Part shown: piece by piece, positions 49,813 to 60,482 of the stretch | Numbering within the stretch: position 1 is the first letter of the stretch | How the letters are laid out: every line of letters starts with the position of its first letter | Assembly: GCF_001194135.2 (NCBI RefSeq) | Contig: NC_068985.1 | Span: forward strand, 27,083,783-27,147,782 | DNA from: Octopus bimaculoides | Lineage: Eukaryota | DNA: 64,000 nt | Reading direction: 5' to 3' | Program-made: the position numbers and the translations under genes | Notes under the pieces: generated by a model | Database searches by the model: none | What the model was told of the DNA's origin: nothing | What the model saw: the letters and a program-made list of their open reading frames with translations, nothing else

Positions 49813-50612
49813 TATCAGAAAATAACTGCCTACTGGTTTTGAAGGATAAATAAAACAGGGTTTATAAACCAGGTGATATTTCGTCTCTCTCTCTCTCTCT
49901 CTCTCTCTCCCACCACCTCTATCTAGACGACGGCGACGAAAGAGTCTTCCCAAATTTCTTTAATTTTTTTCATCTTACATACAGACCTATACATATATGC
50001 ACAAAAACACATGCATACTTATACTTACATACACAAATATACATACATATACACACATAAACATACATACATACACACATATATACACAATCGATTCATG
50101 AAAACAAATGTATGTGTATTTATGCATGTATGAGTGTGTGTGTGTGTGTGTGTGTGCGTGCAACTGTTTTTCACTGTTCACCTGGAAAAAATAAGTTTAA
50201 AGAAATAAAAAAATTTTTACGGAAATTGTCGAACAAGTAGTTTCAGTTGGTTGGAGCCTGCAATATAACGACCTTGACTGTTTACAGGTGTTATATCATA
50301 AAATACCCGCAAGAAACCAAGACGATTTTCGATGTACGTCTTGTATGTATTACATAACTGCATTGACAATAAAACAAAAAGGTAGAATCCGAGAAAACTT
50401 TATGTCAGAGAGATGTAATGCATATTATCCAAATAGTGAAATAATTGTTTTTCACCTGCGAGGAAGAAAAGAAACCAACCACTTTGGGAAGACTCTTTCG
50501 TCGCCGTCGTCTAGAGAGAGGTGGTGGGAGAGAGAGAGAGACGAAATATCACCTGGTCTATAAACCCTGTTTTATTTATCCTTCAAAACCAGTAGGCAGT
50601 TATTTTCTGATA
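49813..50612. mobile_element. Foldback-like element with ~130-142-bp inverted arms
   Basis: Arms 49813-49954 and 50483-50612 are near-identical reverse complements, differing mainly in (tc)n length; TA at both outer ends. Confidence 0.8.
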
Positions 50613-50854
50613 AAAAGTTTTGCCTGAAACTTCAGAGTTGTCTTCATGAAATAAAGCTGTTTCCATTGTTTGAATTGATTTCACAACCTTGTCGCAGAGA
50701 ACTCGACGCTAAGATCTATGTTAAACATGAAAGAAGTTCCATATCAACTAGAATTTGAAGTATTTAGTGCAGTAACTAAATACCGCTGACATTTGTCTGC
50801 TATTCTAACGATTCTGTCAATTCAGCACCTTAACTGTTTGAAGATAGATTAATA

Positions 50855-51192
50855 CAGTGGTTTCGAAACTATTAGTCGCGACCCACTGATGGGTCGGGAA
50901 CGGAATCCTAGTGGGTCGCAAAAAGTTATAAAATTACGCATTAGCTTTGATTAACTGCTGTCTATCGAAATAGTTCAAGACTCATGTTTTCAATACCAGA
51001 CTGGTTGTTTTATCAAGCAGTAGGCTTTTTTCACGAACTTAGCAAATCAGAGGCGGTCATTTTCGTAAGTTATTTATTCGTACGTAATCGTAAAAAGGAA
51101 AAGTCTGTTTTTACCCAGTAGAGTTAAGTGGGTCGCCATAAACTGGTGTCATAAATAGTGGGTCGCGTCTCTAAAACGTTTGGAAACCACTG
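50855..51192. mobile_element. hAT-type MITE
   Basis: TIRs cagtggtttcgaaac / gtttggaaaccactg; 8-bp TSD gattaata; subterminal gggtcgcg repeats. Confidence 0.9.
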
Positions 51193-51450
51193 GATTAATA
51201 TATTTGTTTTAATATTCTTTTCACAGTATTTTCGGAATTATTATTTTTTTAAAGTTTTGACTTTGAATGCATCTCTTGTATGAAATATTGTCATTTATTG
51301 CAAAAAACGATGTTTAAGCTACCACCTCTCCTTTTACGGGTTACGAGGATTTGTTCCAGATTCAATAGCAGTCAGCAAATGAAATATTATTTGCGCTCCA
51401 ACCGGACGAAATGTCTATCTACCATACTTGGTTGTATGGTTAAGATCATT

Positions 51451-51652
51451 TTACAGTCGAATTGTTCCTAGATCGATCTCATTGCATCCATACCAATTAT
51501 CGGACTTTGTTAGGGCCCGATATGGTGAAGATATGGATGGTAAAATGTGGGTAGAAGTTGATGTCCTAGTAACCCTCTCCCCATACTGCTTTACAAAGTA
51601 AATGACAACACACGCAGAGGCAGCCATGGTTGGAACAAGAACAACAAACATT
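51451..51652 (-). CDS. Candidate terminal exon of an unidentified gene: hydrophobic helix (VVLVPTMAASACVVIYFV) plus short tail
   Basis: Strong acceptor cttcttttcttttttaag|, 66-codon open frame, TM-like stretch; no family recognised. Confidence 0.35.
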
Positions 51653-52710
51653 CTTAAAAAAGAAAAGAAGCATGATCATTCCTTACCAAAGTGATCTTAT
51701 CGCCCATCACTTGTTATGCGCTCATGAATTAGTTTGATAGTTGAGCTCTGATTGGTTGTATGCAAATGAGTTCATAACTGGGGTCCGGAACTCTCGTGAG
51801 AAAAAAAAATTCGCGAACGGGACAGTCACAGTTAGAATGTCTATTGATCATATGTCTGATCGGTTAGGGCTAATACGAGGCAAAAACCAAGTGGGGAAGT
51901 CTCTATTCTATGACAATTACAGACGGAATTGATAACTGATAGACCATAAAACAATATCTAAATGAAGAGAATAATATAGATATATAAACTAGAATTCAAA
52001 ATTGAATAGAATCGACCGATCTCTCTATCCACGAAGTGGACACACACAGTCTTTCAGGTAAAGGGAGATAACTCTAATGATCAAGATGGTGGGACACCAT
52101 CAATATCTGGCACACCAGGCGGACGGTAGAACATTTTAGAGTACTTAACTAAATTTATTCTTAAGGTCAGTGAATCCATTCCATACCAACCAGATAAACG
52201 AATTGAATTTCTCTCAAACTGATTATTACAATTTTCAGGCCACCAATTCAATCTGACACAAACTAAGTTTCTGTGACGTTTTTTGTGCTAAATTGGTTCA
52301 ATGAAATTTGTGTATATAACCTGAAAACAAAATTCATTTTATTAACTCATTAAAACATTATTAAATGAGTAAGTACACAATTAAAAAGAGTGTAATTTTT
52401 ATGTGAACGGCAATATCAAGTAACTTTTGCAGGCGCATTTCTCCTCCAACACTTTTAAAAACAACTATTCCGGGTAAAAATTCCAATGCAGTCATTCGAT
52501 CAGCTAGAAAGAGAATCCAAATCTCTTCATGACACCCCACCTCGCCAAATGCCAGATAATGGATTTTGTAGTCTGTAATGCATTAATCATAAGTGTGCTC
52601 GTTCTGGGTTGACTCGAGATAAACATTACAGATTAACCGCTTCTTACGGAGACACCAAACCAAAGTTATTTTTTCTCTAACCAATTATGCCAGTATCCTT
52701 TCATCTACAG

Positions 52711-52885
52711 CATACGCCCCAGCAGTGGGGCCTGGGATTCATTAAAAAAATATTTTAGTGGGACATGGAATCTTTTTTTTCCCCAGCAGATTCTTTATAC
52801 CAATACTTTTTTCCCAATCACCGGAGTGGAGGCATACATTTCTCCGGAAAGTGTGGCCTAGGGGAAAATAGGTTGGGAAACACTG
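52711..52885. mobile_element. hAT-type MITE with decayed left TIR
   Basis: 8-bp direct repeat atctacag (52703-52710, 52886-52893); right TIR ttgggaaacactg. Confidence 0.6.
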
Positions 52886-54453
52886 ATCTACAGTTCGGTC
52901 TTAGATAACAGCTAAGAAATTTGTCCCCACTCCTTTTATATATCATCTACTGTTATAGTGTATCTAGTGCATCCTCCTCTATGCCCAAATAAAATTACAA
53001 CTACGACTAGAACGTTATTGATACGATCATAGTCTGCTTGATCCGGCCGACATTTTCCCTACACAAGACTTGCAGGGAAAAGCAATACGAGTTGTTTCCC
53101 TTGATATGTCACATTGCTTGCTCTCTTTTTCATTACATGTACATAATACTAATTTCTTTCACTGGAACGAAGGAAACAATTTGAGGAGAATGAGATTTTA
53201 AAACGTTATACCTTTTCCCAAAGCAATAATGGTGCTAATCGGTTTCAGCTTATAATCAAAAGCAATGCATTGTGTGGCCAGATCTTAGCCTAACTCTTGC
53301 CCAAGAGCATTTAGCATACAATAAGAATAAAATATTAAATTAATTTGACTGAGCTACATGGCTAATACTTTAGAAGAAAAAGGGGTGAGGCATATTGCGA
53401 TGATCAAACTATTTCTAGATCAAGGCAGCAAATTGCAGAACTGTTAATATGTTGAATAAAATGCTTGGAGAGATTTCTTCGAGCTCTTTTTTTTCTGATT
53501 TAAAATCCTCCCAAAGTTGACTTTGCCTTTCATCTTTTCATCATCAATAAAATAAATACCAGTTGAGTGCTTGGGTTCAACTTAACCATTCCTTAAAATA
53601 GCTGGCCTAGTGCCAGCAATTTTAGGGAATTTGAAACACACTATTCCTAGATCATTAGCAGGCTAAGTGAAATGTAATAGCTTTCAGAAATTAAAACTGT
53701 CATGACATAAATTAAAGCTAACACTCCATTTATTCAGAGAGTTTACGTTAGCTACATTAATAAACTGAAATATTGGCAGTTCAGACCTAGTCACTGACAT
53801 TGCATTGTGTCTGTGGCCAACTCTCTGTAGATCAGCTCATCTAGCTGTGAAAAGGCATTGATTATAACCTGATATATGGTGGCTCTTTCTTAAAGACCAA
53901 ATGTTTTGTTATTCAGAGAAAAATATCACAAGATCAACATATACAAAGAGGTTCAGGGTGTAACAAACAGAAGAGTTATTGTTTGTATTCTTTAATCAAC
54001 ATTATGCCTGACCACCACAAGGTCCAGTTCTTGTAATGTGGTGGCTTGTGTACCTCAATGACCCTGAGAGCTATGTCAGTGAAGCACAACCTTCTGGTAG
54101 TACTTTCCATGTTGGACAGGTCAAAGAATAGAGGCCTGACTAATATGGACCACCTCTTTTCAGAGATAAAAATTAATTTGTGTAGGGCCAATATTCCAAC
54201 CTAGAGAAAGCAACATTACAGAAGCATTGATAGCAATTCAAAACCCAGAAGAATAGTGGAGAAAATGACCTAAGCTCTATACAGATTGAAAGGGCTTAAT
54301 GAATGAACAAAGTATTGTCTGTGGTTGAGACATTTCAGTATCATATACCACATTGTTTATGAACTTAACAGCTACAGTAAAGTAGAAACAACTTTTTTAT
54401 GAAAACAGCAGTAGCACTATAGTATTTTACAGTGTTTCAGTAGCCTGCAGTAC

Positions 54454-54581
54454 TTGAATTTATCATTGCGAGAAGACTGTTTGGAGGCGGCTAGATTCCA
54501 CACTGCTGACATGCAATAGAGACACAAAAAGTCTTCAATGATAACCTTATGACCAAATACAGTTCGTCTAATACTTAACAC
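54454..54581 (-). CDS. Candidate internal exon VLSIRRTVFGHKVIIEDFLCLYCMSAVWNLAASKQSSRNDKF(K)
   Basis: Acceptor tttttgaacag|; only phase 0 is open. Weak donor aa|gtactg whose phase 2 matches 51652. Confidence 0.25.
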
Positions 54582-54937
54582 CTGTTCAAAAACAGATTCA
54601 AAGTATATTGGTCATGGGTCCTAACAGATTTTAAACAAAGTCTATTAATGTTTCAGTCTGTCCAACTGGAGAAGAAAACCAAAATTAATAGTAGTCTGTA
54701 ATAATAATAATAATAATGATAATAATAATAATAATAATAACCCTTTCTACTAAAGGCACAAGGTCTGAAATTTTGGGGGAGGGGGCTATTCGATTACATC
54801 AACCCCAGTATTTCACTGGTGCTTAATTTATCGACCTTAAAAATATGAAAGGCAAAGAAGGATGAAATGCTGCTAAACATTTTGCTTGGTGTGCAAATGA
54901 TTCTGCCAGCTCACTGGTATAATAATAATAATAATAA

Positions 54938-55482
54938 ATGCCATGATGCAGTACCAGGCAGTGGCTCTCATGGCTTCTGATCTTAATTGATCGGAAGTGT
55001 TATCATGTACATTGTTTTGTCTTGGTATAAAAGATGGGCTACAGCAAATATTCTGCTTAATACCACAGATTTGCTTGACCGTAACCAGTTGAGCATGTCC
55101 CTTGGTGGCTGACGATATGTGCATCTCTGATCATGAGCAGAAGTAGTGGGGGAGCATCATAGCCATGTGTTGAGAGGAATTCTTTGGGGTTTGAATAATT
55201 CACCTTTGGAAACATGGGTGTTTTGCTCAACATCCTTAAACAAACCTTATTCAGGGACCTTTTGAGCGGGATGGGCTCCTCGACCTGAAGAAAATTCTAA
55301 CTGGGCCCCACCTGCAAGGTCATGCGCTGTTTATCTTGACATGAGATCACCATGTCATGCACATATGGTTGTGATGCATGTGCCTGGTGTACTCTTATCA
55401 GACGGGTAGTCATGATGGGTATAATGGGCTTCGTATATTTTACTCCAGTGTCACTTTGATGGCATGCACTGCTCTCTCACTC
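54938..55482. mobile_element. Unclassified ~545-bp insertion embedded in an (AAT)n tract
   Basis: GC-richer non-coding block with pure (aat)n on both sides, between two SINE copies. Confidence 0.55.
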
Positions 55483-56384
55483 AATAATAATAATAATGGT
55501 TTCAAATTTTGGCACAAGGGCAATAATTTCAGGGAGGGGGTTAAGTTGATTATATTGATCCCAGTGCATAACTGGTATTTATCTTATTGACCCTAAAAAG
55601 ATGAAAGGTACTGTTAACCTTGGTGGCATTTGAATTCGGGATGTGAAATGCAGCTAAGCGTTTTGCTTGGTATTACTCATTTATTTGTTTGTCATTTGAC
55701 TGCGGCCATGCTGGAGCACCACCTTCAGTCAAACAAACTGACCCCAGGACTTATTCTTTGTAAGCCTAGTACTTATTCTAACAGTCTATTTTGCCGAATT
55801 GGTAAGTTACAGGGACATAAACACACTGGCATCAGTTGTCAAGCGATGGTGGGGGGAAAAACACAGACACACAAACGTATATATATATACATAATGGGCT
55901 TCTTTCAGTTTCCGTCTACCAAATCCACTCACAAGGCTTTGGTCGGCCCGAGGCTATAGTAGAAGACATTTGTCCTGAACCGGGAACCATGTGGTTGGTA
56001 AGCAAGCTACTTACCACACAGCCACTCCTGCACCTATATACTAACAATTTTGCCATACTTTGATAATAATACAGAGTAGGGAACCCTACACTTTGAATAT
56101 TTTGAGAATATGTTGAAATCTGAAGATTTAGCGCATGTAAAACATGGAAAGATATAGACTGTGGTGAGGGGTAGGGGAGAGTTGTAACTGAAACAATGAG
56201 AAATAATGATGATTTGACAAATTCAAGAATTTAAGCATAAATACAGTATACTCCTTGGAAAGAAAAAATGCAACCTGAAAAAAACCAAAAACTTTGAAAG
56301 TATTAAGTGTACCTATTTACCAAATTGGCTGTTATAATTTGCAAACCCAGTGGTCACTACCCATAATGTAGAAAAAGAGAAAAA

Positions 56385-56645
56385 TAAATACATACACAGG
56401 CCTGATTGGCTTTCAGTTTGTGCCATTGAAACCTCAGGTGTTCTCTGACCCCACACTACTGATTTCCTCCACAGCCCTGCCACAGCAAGTGTTGCTGGCC
56501 ATTCTCTGTGGCAACGCCATTTGTTTTGAGGTGTGTGGCCCGTTGCTCCTTTCCCCTCTACCTTCTGCTATTTACCCCCCACTCTCTTTTGTTCTGTTTC
56601 TTTGTAATTAAATCATAATAAATAAAGTTTATTATACAAAAAAAT
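56385..56645 (+). mobile_element. CRE-like RLE non-LTR relic, C-terminal end with A-rich tail
   Basis: FVP/AIETSGV and LAILCGNAIC (compare AIQRGNA) motifs across a frameshift, followed by aataaataaa...aaaaaaa. Confidence 0.45.
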
Positions 56646-57079
56646 TATTAACAAGATTCGTAATGAGAACTGTATATTTTAAATAGTTTTCATATTCAAT
56701 GTTTTTTTCAGTTTTGATTTCTAATGAAGAAAAACCTTCCTATGTATTGGATAAAAAAAAAAAAAAAGTATATGCGATTAAAGTAAACTCTCTAATTTTG
56801 TAAAAGTTTAACAAAAATGCCATTTCTTAGAATACTGATAAAAAACAAAAAAATAGATGTTGTTAGTGTTGATTAGACCCTTGTCCCCAACAACCCTGAT
56901 TGAGCAGATATGATCAAAAGTATTTGAGGTATAAGTATTCTGCCTTTTTAGGGATATGCAAAACTATATTATCCAATGTCCTTTCATTATTTGAGAAGGT
57001 AGGTTGTGATTTGGTTGTTATTTTAAATTGACTGACCAATTGCAGAGAGGCTCCCTTGCAAGTTCATTGTTAAGATACT

Positions 57080-57466
57080 GTTGTTGTTGGCACTCCGTCA
57101 CTTACGACGACGAGGGTTCCAGTTGATCTGATCAACGGAACAGCCTGCTCATGAGATTAACGTGCAAGTGGCTGAGCACTCCACAGACACGTGTACCCTT
57201 AATGTAGTTCTTGGGGATATTCAGCATGACACAGTGTGACAAGGCTGACCCTTTGAATTACAGGCACAACAGAAACAGGAAGTAAGAGTGAGAGAAAGTT
57301 GTGGTGAAAGAGTACAGCAGGGTTTGCCACCACCCCCTGCCGGAGCCTTGTGGGGCTTTAGGTGTTTTCACTCAATAAACACTCACAACGCCCGGTCTGG
57401 GAATCGAAACAACGATCCTATGACCACGAGTCCGCTGCCCTAACCACTGGGCCATTGCGCCTCCAC
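57080..57466 (-). mobile_element. Full-length tRNA-derived SINE with (caa)n tail. Relatives at about 10455-10760- and 48108-48392+
   Basis: Head gtggaggcgcaatggcccagtggttagggcagcggactc...tttcgattccc; 11-bp TSD gttaagatact (57069-57079, 57467-57477). Confidence 0.88.
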
Positions 57467-59644
57467 GTTAAGATACTAATAAAGCTATAAAATGTTGGCA
57501 TTCTTATAATAGTGATATATTTCATTTGTCCATTTAATAGCTATTTTTCTCTATTTCTAATGCGAATTGGGTGAATATATATTATTGAGACATAACTTTA
57601 CAGCTAGATATCTTCTGTCGCCAACCCTTACGTGTTTTTCGAGAAGTGGATTTTTATCATTCCACTCATATTTAAAAATGCAGAGCCAGAGAAGAACTTC
57701 TTTTTTTATATATACGAAATGTGAACAAACGGCACCAATTTTTAGCTCAATGCTTTCATGCAAAATGTGGAATATAAACATTCATACAGACACACACACA
57801 CACACATTTCTATAACAAAAAGTTTATTAAAATTTTTGTAATATTCATAGAAAGGCCAGTGTATCGGAAAACTTTCTAAATGAGACACTGAGTAAGGATT
57901 ATGTGATATTTTGAAATTTCAAGAACTCTACTATCTTGGTATTGCATGTTCTATTATTTTTTACAAGCTTTAATATTGGCCATAACTCTCTTATTGACTT
58001 AGGTGGTATAGTAATGGGGTTATTAGTAATAGTATTTAGGCAAGGATTCAAAGATGGAAGAACATATTTTAAGGATTTCTAGCTGCCTGTATAGGCATCA
58101 AGATTCGCCACATTATTTTAGACTTTATAAGCCATGCATAAGAAATGTGACACTATTGTTGCATAATAGTAATTGCAGAGAATCAACAACAGAGGTTAAT
58201 GAGTTCAGTATGGTATATTGGATGTACATTATCAAATTAAATGAGTATGAATCGAGAAAGCAACTGAGCATCAAGAAATTGATTCATGTAGGCAGGTGAT
58301 ACAGCTGTATCAACATACAATTTTTATCCTTTTGTTTCAGTCACTCAACTGTGGTCATGCTGGGGCATTGCCTTGAAAGGTTCAGTTGAACAAATTGACC
58401 CCAGTAACTTTTTTTTTAAAGTTCGGTACTTATTCTGTCAGTCTCTTTTGCCAAACTGATAAGTTACAAGGATATAAACAAGCCAGCGAGTGAGACAAAC
58501 AAAAACATAAACACACACACACACAGGGTTCCTGTCTCCTAGCATCACTTCTAAGGCACTGGTTGGTCCAGGGTAAGAGTAGAAGACACTTGCTCAAGGT
58601 GTCATGGAGGTGACTGAACTAAAATCTACATGGATGCAAAGCATGCTTCTTAATCATACAACTCTGCCTTCAGAATAAGCATTCCGAGATCAGTGGGGTT
58701 GACAAAGTTGGATTTAACTTGATCTACTAATTGATTATTTTGAATTTAAAAGGAAGGAACAAGTTTTAAAAGTGTAGTTTTAGGAAAGAGGATGGAGCAA
58801 AAAAAAAAAGTATTTACTATGGGATCTGGGTTAGAGTGACACAAAATTCACAAATTCAGACAAACACTGCTGTAATATCAATAAATGAAACAGAAGGGTG
58901 ACGATGACATACAGCATCAATGAGATAATAGTATGTTAGTAAACAGAAGCCTACCCATTGATAGGGTTTTGTTTTTAATGCATGTTAGGAAGTTTGTGTT
59001 TGTGCAGGATAACTGCACAGTCCTAGAAACGAATGGAGACTACATGCTGGTGACAAACTGCCGTGACTAGTGAAACTGAACAAAGAATTGTGGAGATTGA
59101 GATGTAACTGTATTAGAAACACATCCTATTTAAGCAGGAAAATAGGATAATTTCTTTAACTGAATCCACAGTCTAGTTTTAATTTATGTCTCACAAAAAT
59201 CTTAGATGGTTAAGCATGAATATCACTTTTATCCTTATACATAAATTTGAAACTTGATTCCAAAATAAATCATACATAGTCACAAGTTTTGGTTAATGTA
59301 CAGTAAACTCTCTGTAAGGCAAAGTCATTTAAGCCATTAGCTTCATAAATTCTAGTGTCTGCAATTGCTGGCTATTGTCAGTATGGAGCAGGATACCTCC
59401 AAGATGTACTGGTAAGAATTACAAGACATTTTTCATGCATATCATCATTGTTATCAAGAACATAATGTATTTCTGTGGATGATATATTTTAGAAGAATAT
59501 ACATCTCAATATTTTAGCATTCTGCTTGATTCTGAATCGGCTTGTTTATGAAATAACATTCTCAAACTGAAGACTTTGGTCTTCATCTACCATAGGTACA
59601 TAGACCTTATACCCTGCAAGTATCAACTGTATATAAAACCTTAC

Positions 59645-59671
59645 CACTGCACCTGCTTCTCTCAGGCTACA
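59645..59671 (-). CDS. Candidate 27-nt exon CSLREAGAV
   Basis: Acceptor ccctttcag| and donor |gtaagg flank an open phase-0 27-mer. Confidence 0.2.
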
Positions 59672-60039
59672 CTGAAAGGGATTGATAAGGATTATTCAGT
59701 CTTAAAAACTACATATGCAGTATAACAGACTCGTATATATTAGAGAAGTGCCATCTGTGTAGTCAAGATAGGCTGTACCTAACCAAACTAAAACTATATC
59801 AATTACTAAATATAAAAAGCAAATGATTTCCAGTACATTATAAAAATTCTAAAAAAGTGTAAAGAAAGCAGTGTATAACTCAGTAAAGAGCTACTATTTT
59901 GATGTTAGACAAGCAATTTTCACTACCTTTCAACGTCTATGTGAAGCATAAACCTATGAAACCCAAGTACTGTGAGTTCAGCTCTATAATACATTAAATA
60001 TAGTTGTCATCAACTCAAATTGAAGTCTATACCTCTATT

Positions 60040-60356
60040 CGACGTTTAACGTCTGCTTTCCATGCTAGCATGGGTTGGATGATTTGACTGAGGACTGGTG
60101 GACCAGGAGGCGACACCAGGCTCCAATCTGATTTGGCAGAGTTTCTACAGCTGGATGACCTTCCTAACGCCAACCACTCCGAGAGTGTAGTGGGTGCTTT
60201 TACGTGCCACCGGCACGAGGGCCAGTCAGGCGGATACTGGTGACAGCCACGCTCGAAATGGTGTATTTTATGTGCCAGCTGCACAGGAGCCAGTCCAGCG
60301 GCACTGGCAACGATCTCGCTCGAATGTCTTACTGGCAACAGCAACGCTTGAAATGG
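60040..60356 (-). mobile_element. RTE 3' tail joined to the 5S sequence
   Basis: Reverse complement of the diagnostic tail with its modules. Confidence 0.87.
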
Positions 60357-60368
60357 TGTAAATGTAGG

Positions 60369-60482
60369 ATGCTTACAGCACCTAGGTTTCCCAAGCGGTC
60401 ACCCATCTAAGTACTCATTAGGCTCGACGTTGCTTAACTTCGGTGATCAGACGAGAACCGGTGCTCTCAGCATGATATGGCC
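60369..60482 (-). pseudogene. 5S rRNA-derived sequence lacking its normal 5' end, fused to an RTE 3' tail
   Basis: Minus strand reads ggccatatcatgctgagagcaccggttctcgtctgatcaccgaagttaagcaacgtcgagcc...gatgggtgaccgcttgggaa...gtgctgtaagc. A and C boxes are recognisable; stem I cannot form because the 5' 6 nt differ. Confidence 0.88.

Noticed and set aside
51382-51600. Plus-strand open frame (NIICAPTGR...YCFTK) with a possible exon at 51457-51539
   Set aside because: It overlaps the minus-strand candidate exon, which has the stronger acceptor, and no phase-compatible plus-strand partner exon was found. Treated as an antisense shadow, though not formally excluded.
57380-57466. tRNA-like sequences (also 3359-3420, 31225-31300, 48108-48180)
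   Set aside because: They have A/B boxes but no complete cloverleaf and continue into SINE bodies, so they are SINE heads rather than tRNA genes.
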